Positions 59,121 through 64,000 of a stretch of 64,000 nucleotides of DNA are shown in pieces. A model generated the notes under the pieces. The model made no database searches, was not told the origin of the DNA, and saw nothing but the letters and a program-made list of their open reading frames with translations. A program made the position numbers and the translations under genes. Origin of the DNA: a virus; IMG/VR virus record IMGVR_UViG_3300021471_000006, positions 1 through 64,000 of that record; one strand, written 5' to 3'. Numbering within the stretch: position 1 is the first letter of the stretch; every line of letters starts with the position of its first letter.

Positions 59121-59326
59121 AATTTAAGGTTGGAGAGATAGTAAGACAAATAAAAAATCTATCGAAAAGTGAAGACCCGTTATGTGAGATAGTGGAAATA
59201 AGAAAAATCGGAAAAAAAACAGAAATAGTGCATAGGCACTTAAATAAGGATTTTACATCTAGTGCCCTTGAAGACAACTTTGAAAAAGTTGAAATTGATA
59301 ATTGGAGGAAGATTATTGACGTTTGA
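59117..59326 (+). CDS. Small SH3/KOW-like protein with the C-terminal W-tag
   Basis: MKFKVGEIVR...; ends EIDNWRKIIDV. Confidence 0.7.
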   Translation: MKFKVGEIVRQIKNLSKSEDPLCEIVEIRKIGKKTEIVHRHLNKDFTSSALEDNFEKVEIDNWRKIIDV

Positions 59327-60201
59327 AACGATTATTCGGAAAGAGGACTGTTCCCAAGAAAAGCAAAACATTTATAAATAAAACTGATTTACTAGAGAAT
59401 AACAAAAAATTAACTTATGGTAACAGCAAAACGGAGAATAAAATGTTTAAGAAATTTGAATTAGCTAGACAAATGTATAATCAGTATTGGGGCTATCTGA
59501 CACCGTTCCAAAAACGAAACGTTGTACAGGCATTAAATAATAATAAAACTATTATTAAACCAAGAAAAACAGTTTCGTCGGTTAAAAAAACCAAATTAGC
59601 TGATAAATATAAGGCAATAAGAAAGAAAGATTGTCCTAATAAAATTCGTGTAAATAATTTAATTGCAGATTTAATAAAAAAGGACTCACGCTTAAAAAAG
59701 GGAACTGCTCTAATTTTAGACGCAGAAACTACCCTTACTTTAAGAACTCTGTTAGCTATCGGGTATCCCAAGTATTTGATAGATAGTGTCAATTATATTG
59801 AGGACACCTATAAACAAATCAAGGCACATCACCGTCAAACCTATCATATGCTATTAGGCGACTATATAGATATGATAGGTAAGATACCCGAAAATAAACA
59901 TTCAGTTACGGTTGCGTTTCCAGATTATTGTTGTAGTATTAAAGGAAATAAAGATATGAAACCAAGAGAGGACTTAATCAAGTTTTTCACTTATAAGTTA
60001 TTAGCTAAACCTAGTTTATTAGCCATAACTTTCTCTTGGAGAGCAGGGAAGAAAGAGGTGAAAGAAGGGCATTTCGAGTCCCTAACTAAATTAGATAATT
60101 TAATAACTCAAACTGCGAAAGATAACGGCTATCTAGCAGTTATTAAAGACGGACTATCTTATAAAGGTAGTATGTTTTTTAGAATATATAAAATACATTA
60201 G
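59323..60201 (+). CDS. Hypothetical protein, possibly a divergent Rossmann methyltransferase
   Basis: ALILDA...AFPDYC...LLAITFS alternating alpha/beta pattern; no canonical GxGxG. Confidence 0.35.
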   Translation: MKRLFGKRTVPKKSKTFINKTDLLENNKKLTYGNSKTENKMFKKFELARQMYNQYWGYLTPFQKRNVVQALNNNKTIIKPRKTVSSVKKTKLADKYKAIRKKDCPNKIRVNNLIADLIKKDSRLKKGTALILDAETTLTLRTLLAIGYPKYLIDSVNYIEDTYKQIKAHHRQTYHMLLGDYIDMIGKIPENKHSVTVAFPDYCCSIKGNKDMKPREDLIKFFTYKLLAKPSLLAITFSWRAGKKEVKEGHFESLTKLDNLITQTAKDNGYLAVIKDGLSYKGSMFFRIYKIH

Positions 60202-60400
60202 TTATGTTTCTGGCACGAAAAGGTAAGCCCAGTTAGTAGGACGAAGAATAGTATCTCGTGTTTTTAACGAGAGAAGGTAGTAGTCTATTTGATACGTGTT
60301 TGGTACGGATCCGGGGGACATTTTAGTCCCCCTTCATTTTTATTTTCCCTTATCGGGGATTAGGGAAGTTAAAATATGTCCCCACAAAAAAACAGTATTG
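60202..60400 (+). promoter_or_regulatory. Structured intergenic leader of the Ubl operon (terminator hairpin with an alternative pairing partner)
   Basis: GGGGGAC/GTCCCCC hairpin 60313-60332 plus T-run; the same arm is complementary to ATGTCCCC 60376-60383; further stems CTCGT/ACGAG and TTCCCT/AGGGAA. Confidence 0.5.
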
Positions 60401-60414
60401 GAGGTGTCCGCAAA

Positions 60415-60759
60415 ATGGCTACAAAAGGACAATTAGCTAGACAGATGTATGGTAAAGCACTATACGAGTTGTCAGCAGGAGAGAAAGCCGCAGTAACAAG
60501 AGCATTTAACTCACAAGGAGCTTCTAGCTCAAGTGCCACAGTTACAGCTGAAGTGGGAAGAATTGGTGTCAATGGCACCCAAAGATGTATTTTATCCGAG
60601 GGTGAAACAGTTGGCGAGTTAATCGAGCAGTCAGGCTTCAAACTTGACAGCAAGAAAGAAGGAGTTGTTGCTCAATCAACCGGAAAGAGGGTTTTACTTT
60701 CTGAACCTGTTGTACACGGGGAAACCTATGTTATAACACCAGAAATAAAATCAGCTTAA
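60415..60759 (+). CDS. Ubiquitin-like (beta-grasp) protein with an N-terminal helical extension, ending ...PEIKSA
   Basis: GGAGGTG SD; C-terminal ~70 aa VTAEVGRIG..TQRCILSEGETVGELIEQSG...LSEPVVHGETYVITPEIKSA has the ThiS/MoaD/Ubl pattern; first gene of an E2-JAB-E1 operon. Confidence 0.75.
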   Translation: MATKGQLARQMYGKALYELSAGEKAAVTRAFNSQGASSSSATVTAEVGRIGVNGTQRCILSEGETVGELIEQSGFKLDSKKEGVVAQSTGKRVLLSEPVVHGETYVITPEIKSA

Positions 60760-60768
60760 ATAAATTTT

Positions 60769-60790
60769 TTGGGGCATTTGCCCCACTTTT
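60769..60790 (+). terminator. Hairpin between the Ubl and E2-like genes
   Basis: TGGGGC-ATTT-GCCCCA followed by CTTTT. Confidence 0.55.
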
Positions 60791-60822
60791 CATATTCATT
60801 ATACAATAAACGGAGGATTAAA

Positions 60823-62370
60823 ATGATAAAAACATTTGATAAATTTGTATTGGAAAGCTTTATAAGGGAAACTATGAAAGCTTATACTTATAAATGGATA
60901 GACGACAACACCCTAGAATTTTATAAAAAAGACAAGGTTGTTGGAAAATATAAATTAGATAATACACGCATAGAAGCAAAAGGAAAAGTAATAGAGAAAT
61001 TTCTTAAAAACTTAATTAAACAAAAAGAAGAGGCAGATAAGAACAAACTAACAAAACAGAAAGCCGCAAAAAGTGTATTCAAAACAATTTATAACGATTT
61101 GAATAGCTACAACGGACTTGCAGATAATTATATTATGTTTGACCTTATGAATAAACAGTTTAAAAAAATAGGGGTTGAAGAGGTCATAATTAGAAAAACA
61201 ATAAATTCAAATAATCTAGCGCCTAAGAAAATAACTTTAAATATGGACGGAAATCCACAAGAAAGAATAAGCGTTTACAATGATGAAGGATATTATACTA
61301 GATTAAGGGATTTTCTGTTTGCAGAATACGAACACGACGTTAAGGAAAAATCTAGTTTTTATGTTTCTAACAAGCCGAAGTGGCTTTTTCAAGCCGAGAA
61401 CGAGAAAATAAAAGATATTAAACTCCGAAATATGTTAGTTGGAAGATATTATCTGGAAAGAAACTTTATACATTTGTACTTTAATCCGTTTTTAGTTAAA
61501 AAAATTCTTCCATTAGGGTCCGTTATGCCAAAGATATTTATAGAGTTATTTAAGGAGTTACAAAAACTAAATATTAAGGTACGAGATACCTCAAGTTTCT
61601 CTAAAAAAATGTTTGTTGCAACATTTTTAGAAGGTTCCAGAAAAAGACTAAAAAGACTAATTCAGGATAAAAAAGATAATATAAATAGAATAAGTGATAG
61701 AGAAACCCAAATTAGATTAGCCTTAGAAAGGCTTGCAGAGATAGAAGAAGAAACCGCTTTTATTGAAAAGAATATTCGTATGAAAGGAAAAGGAATGCTT
61801 AAGGAACTAGACACAGTTAGAAAGCTAAAATTCATAAAAGATTTAAAAATGGGCACAGATTACATAGAATTAAAATATGTTCCCACAACTTTAACTTTCT
61901 CTGATTTTAAACGTTCAGATAGGGGAAAGGGATATGGGAAGAGAACAATTTATCTAGGAGAGATAACTGCAAGAATAACTCCCGGAAGTTTCACTATTAA
62001 AAACTCAATTAATATAGACAGAGGCGGACACGCACATTCTCACGCAGACGGAAATCCCGGAAGTCCCTGTTTTGGTAGTGGGGGTGGAAGAAATAAAATA
62101 TATGAACTGCTTTCCCAAAACAAGTTTACCGAACTTGCCAAGATACTTTGGTTTTGGATTAAAACCCACAGAAACGAAGGTGCATATGTGAAGATGTGGA
62201 CTATTTATGACTATATGTTGAGCAACGGTTATCCTGTTTGGGACGAAAAGGGCAACAGAATTAAAATTAATGACGCAAAGAGGCTGAAATCCAAAGAGCA
62301 AAGAAAGTTAGATAAGTCCTCAAAATATGCGACTAATATAAAGAAATTCGCCGATTTCAAATTGGTGTAA
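60823..62370 (+). CDS. Coiled-coil protein with a C-terminal prokaryotic E2-like domain
   Basis: GGAGG SD; central coiled coil; YLGEITARI...HAHSHADGNPGSPCFG..IYELL resembles the HPH...CLG active-site region of prokaryotic E2s; operon context. Confidence 0.65.
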   Translation: MIKTFDKFVLESFIRETMKAYTYKWIDDNTLEFYKKDKVVGKYKLDNTRIEAKGKVIEKFLKNLIKQKEEADKNKLTKQKAAKSVFKTIYNDLNSYNGLADNYIMFDLMNKQFKKIGVEEVIIRKTINSNNLAPKKITLNMDGNPQERISVYNDEGYYTRLRDFLFAEYEHDVKEKSSFYVSNKPKWLFQAENEKIKDIKLRNMLVGRYYLERNFIHLYFNPFLVKKILPLGSVMPKIFIELFKELQKLNIKVRDTSSFSKKMFVATFLEGSRKRLKRLIQDKKDNINRISDRETQIRLALERLAEIEEETAFIEKNIRMKGKGMLKELDTVRKLKFIKDLKMGTDYIELKYVPTTLTFSDFKRSDRGKGYGKRTIYLGEITARITPGSFTIKNSINIDRGGHAHSHADGNPGSPCFGSGGGRNKIYELLSQNKFTELAKILWFWIKTHRNEGAYVKMWTIYDYMLSNGYPVWDEKGNRIKINDAKRLKSKEQRKLDKSSKYATNIKKFADFKLV

Positions 62371-62385
62371 ATGGAGGGAATTTAA

Positions 62386-63807
62386 ATGGAATATAAAGCA
62401 AAAGTAGTTTTGTCCTATGATGTATATAGGAGAATAAAGTGGCTAACTCACAATTTCGATAAGGAGATAGCTGCGGTGGGGACCGGAAAAATCCGAAAAA
62501 ATGTCAATGACGAGGAGAAACATTTTTACATAAGTAAATTATATTTTCCAAATCAGAAAGTTACCGGAGCAAGTGTCCACATTACACAAGAAATGTGGGG
62601 AGATATTATCAAGAAAGTTCCTAAAGAAGAGTGGGGAGATATATGCTTCTATTGGCATAAACATCCCGGAAGTGCAAGTCATTCATCCGTAGATGAAGAA
62701 GATACATTTGAAACTTTTATGTCTCCAGAGGCGGGACGTAAGTGGTTTGTTTTCTTGCAAACGGCGGCAAAAGGAGAAGATAGTATGGATATAGAATTAA
62801 GAATAGAATTGAGAGAGCCCATTAGAGCAACTCTTTTAGGTAAATCTGTTACTAAATTAACTTATGAGATAACAAAAGAAGAACTTAAACTTAGGGACAA
62901 GATAGAGAAACTACAGGAGAAAATTGAGGAATTAAGAAACAAACCAAATGAAAGACTAAAGAAGGAGTTGGAAGAAATAATAGAGAATTGTGTAGAGAAG
63001 GACGATTTCTGGAATAAAGATAATTCATATAGAAGAGGCAACTATTATAATTCTTCAAGAGGTCCGCCACCGGAAGACTCCGATATTATAGCATTAAGAT
63101 TACTCTTTGAGAAAGGAGAACAAAATTCAGAGTATATGAACAACGATACTCTTATGGGAGTTCCAACTAGAGATGAAGAAAAGGTTAGTATAGAATTTAA
63201 GAGTGGAGGAGTTTTAATAAAGGCTGGAAAGATGTTTCGTTCAGTTTTACAAAACGCCCTTAAACCGAAAGAAGGTAAATTGGCTAGTGTAGTCAAGAGG
63301 TTTACAATAATAGAGCCAAAAGAAAGTAAAATATTTTACACATACAAACTACAACCAATGAAAAAGGCGTATAAAGTCTTAAAGACAGTAATGAAAAGGC
63401 TATTTATAGCTTATAATGACGCCCTATTAGCTAAATGGGAGAATGAGGGAAGACTGGAGACCCCAAAGAGTGAGCCCCAGAAAATAGAAACGAAAAAGAA
63501 TTTTAAGAAGCCTTTAACTTTAACTCTAAAGAACACACCATTAATAAATGATGTTCTTTCCGAATTAGAAATGGTTGCGGACTTGGATTGGACAAGTAAA
63601 AGATATGCTATCGCATATCAGAGAGGAGAAAAGAAGAATAATAAGTTTGTTCTGGGGTCAGTCTTTAATACCGAACATACTTTGTTAATCTCGGGCGACG
63701 ATATTGTTTCAATTACTAATGCTATAATAGCCGAGCTCTCCGAACAAAAAAATTATTCAGGTGATAAAGTTGAAGAAAAACCAAAAGCAAGAGCAAAAGC
63801 TTCCTGA
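62386..63807 (+). CDS. JAB/MPN+ (JAMM) metallo-isopeptidase with a long C-terminal extension
   Basis: N-terminal EIAAVG, FPNQKVTGASV, WHKHP...HSSVD (HxH-x7-S-x2-D JAMM motif). Confidence 0.85.
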   Translation: MEYKAKVVLSYDVYRRIKWLTHNFDKEIAAVGTGKIRKNVNDEEKHFYISKLYFPNQKVTGASVHITQEMWGDIIKKVPKEEWGDICFYWHKHPGSASHSSVDEEDTFETFMSPEAGRKWFVFLQTAAKGEDSMDIELRIELREPIRATLLGKSVTKLTYEITKEELKLRDKIEKLQEKIEELRNKPNERLKKELEEIIENCVEKDDFWNKDNSYRRGNYYNSSRGPPPEDSDIIALRLLFEKGEQNSEYMNNDTLMGVPTRDEEKVSIEFKSGGVLIKAGKMFRSVLQNALKPKEGKLASVVKRFTIIEPKESKIFYTYKLQPMKKAYKVLKTVMKRLFIAYNDALLAKWENEGRLETPKSEPQKIETKKNFKKPLTLTLKNTPLINDVLSELEMVADLDWTSKRYAIAYQRGEKKNNKFVLGSVFNTEHTLLISGDDIVSITNAIIAELSEQKNYSGDKVEEKPKARAKAS

Positions 63808-64000
63808 AACAAACGAACAAAACGAATTAAATCTCTCAAGGCAAAGTAAACTAATTCCAAAAGATAAAATAACCCAATATACATTAAAAGTATTTGGTGT
63901 AGGAAGTATTGGTAGTCATTTTGTCAAAACGGCTGCAAAGACAGGATTTACTAATATTGAAGTCTTTGATACCGATATTGTGGAAGAAGAAAACATTGCC
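63770..64000 (+). CDS. E1/ThiF-family adenylating enzyme (truncated by the window end)
   Basis: Not in the ORF track. TTG after AGGTGA; reads ...LSRQSKLIP...LKVFGVGSIGSHFVKTAAKTGFTNIEVFDTDIVEEENIA (SRQ, GxGxxG and DxDxVxxxN motifs). Confidence 0.9.
   Translation, partial: MKKNQKQEQKLPETNEQNELNLSRQSKLIPKDKITQYTLKVFGVGSIGSHFVKTAAKTGFTNIEVFDTDIVEEENIA

Noticed and set aside
59323-60201. DNA methyltransferase call
   Set aside because: No DPPY/NPPY, PC or FxGxG motif; left as a low-confidence Rossmann-like protein
26878-63296. Minus-strand ORFs opposite plus-strand genes (e.g. 37916-38482, 46920-47309, 51299-51682, 60369-60653)
   Set aside because: Antisense to genes with clear motifs; no independent support
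63415-63423. Additional AATGACGCC partial matches (also 55712-55720)
   Set aside because: Only 9 bp inside coding sequence; compatible with chance
1-64000. tRNA, rRNA, integrase/att sites, alternative genetic code
   Set aside because: No cloverleaf with T-loop consensus and no integrase motif recognised; genes are full-length and tightly packed under the standard code. A tRNAscan-SE run is needed to exclude intron-containing tRNAs.

Overview
A 64-kb, AT-rich segment of a tailed (siphovirus-like, Caudoviricetes) virus or provirus that is almost certainly archaeal. Evidence for the host domain: GAGGTGA-type Shine-Dalgarno sites, BRE/TATA promoters ~20-25 nt ahead of leaderless ATGs, and surface proteins resembling those of DPANN archaea; the exact host cannot be determined. 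Layout: (1) 1-26.3 kb, minus strand: virion morphogenesis (portal, protease, scaffold, major capsid, head-tail proteins, tail tube, frameshifted tail chaperone, tape measure), plus two very large signal-peptide-bearing glycoprotein genes. (2) 26.5-46.4 kb, plus strand: probable TerS, then a ~13-kb nucleotide-sugar island (complete GDP-manno-heptose pathway hddC/hddA/gmhA/gmhB, DmhA-like 4,6-dehydratase, intein-containing ColD-type PLP enzyme, three glycosyltransferases, FkbM methyltransferase), then TerL with two inteins. (3) 46.4-64 kb: early/accessory region with many promoters, a dispersed CAGAATGACGCC motif, zinc-finger microproteins, an array of small proteins sharing a C-terminal [SN]W[RK]xx[IL][EKRD] tag, an AEP primase, and a ubiquitin-like conjugation operon (Ubl - E2-like - JAB - E1/ThiF, truncated by the window edge). 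The most notable items are the viral Ubl system, the adjacent W-tag protein array (possible modular adaptors) and a probable virus-encoded 3,6-dideoxy-heptose glycosylation pathway. All family calls come from motif recognition by eye, not from database searches.
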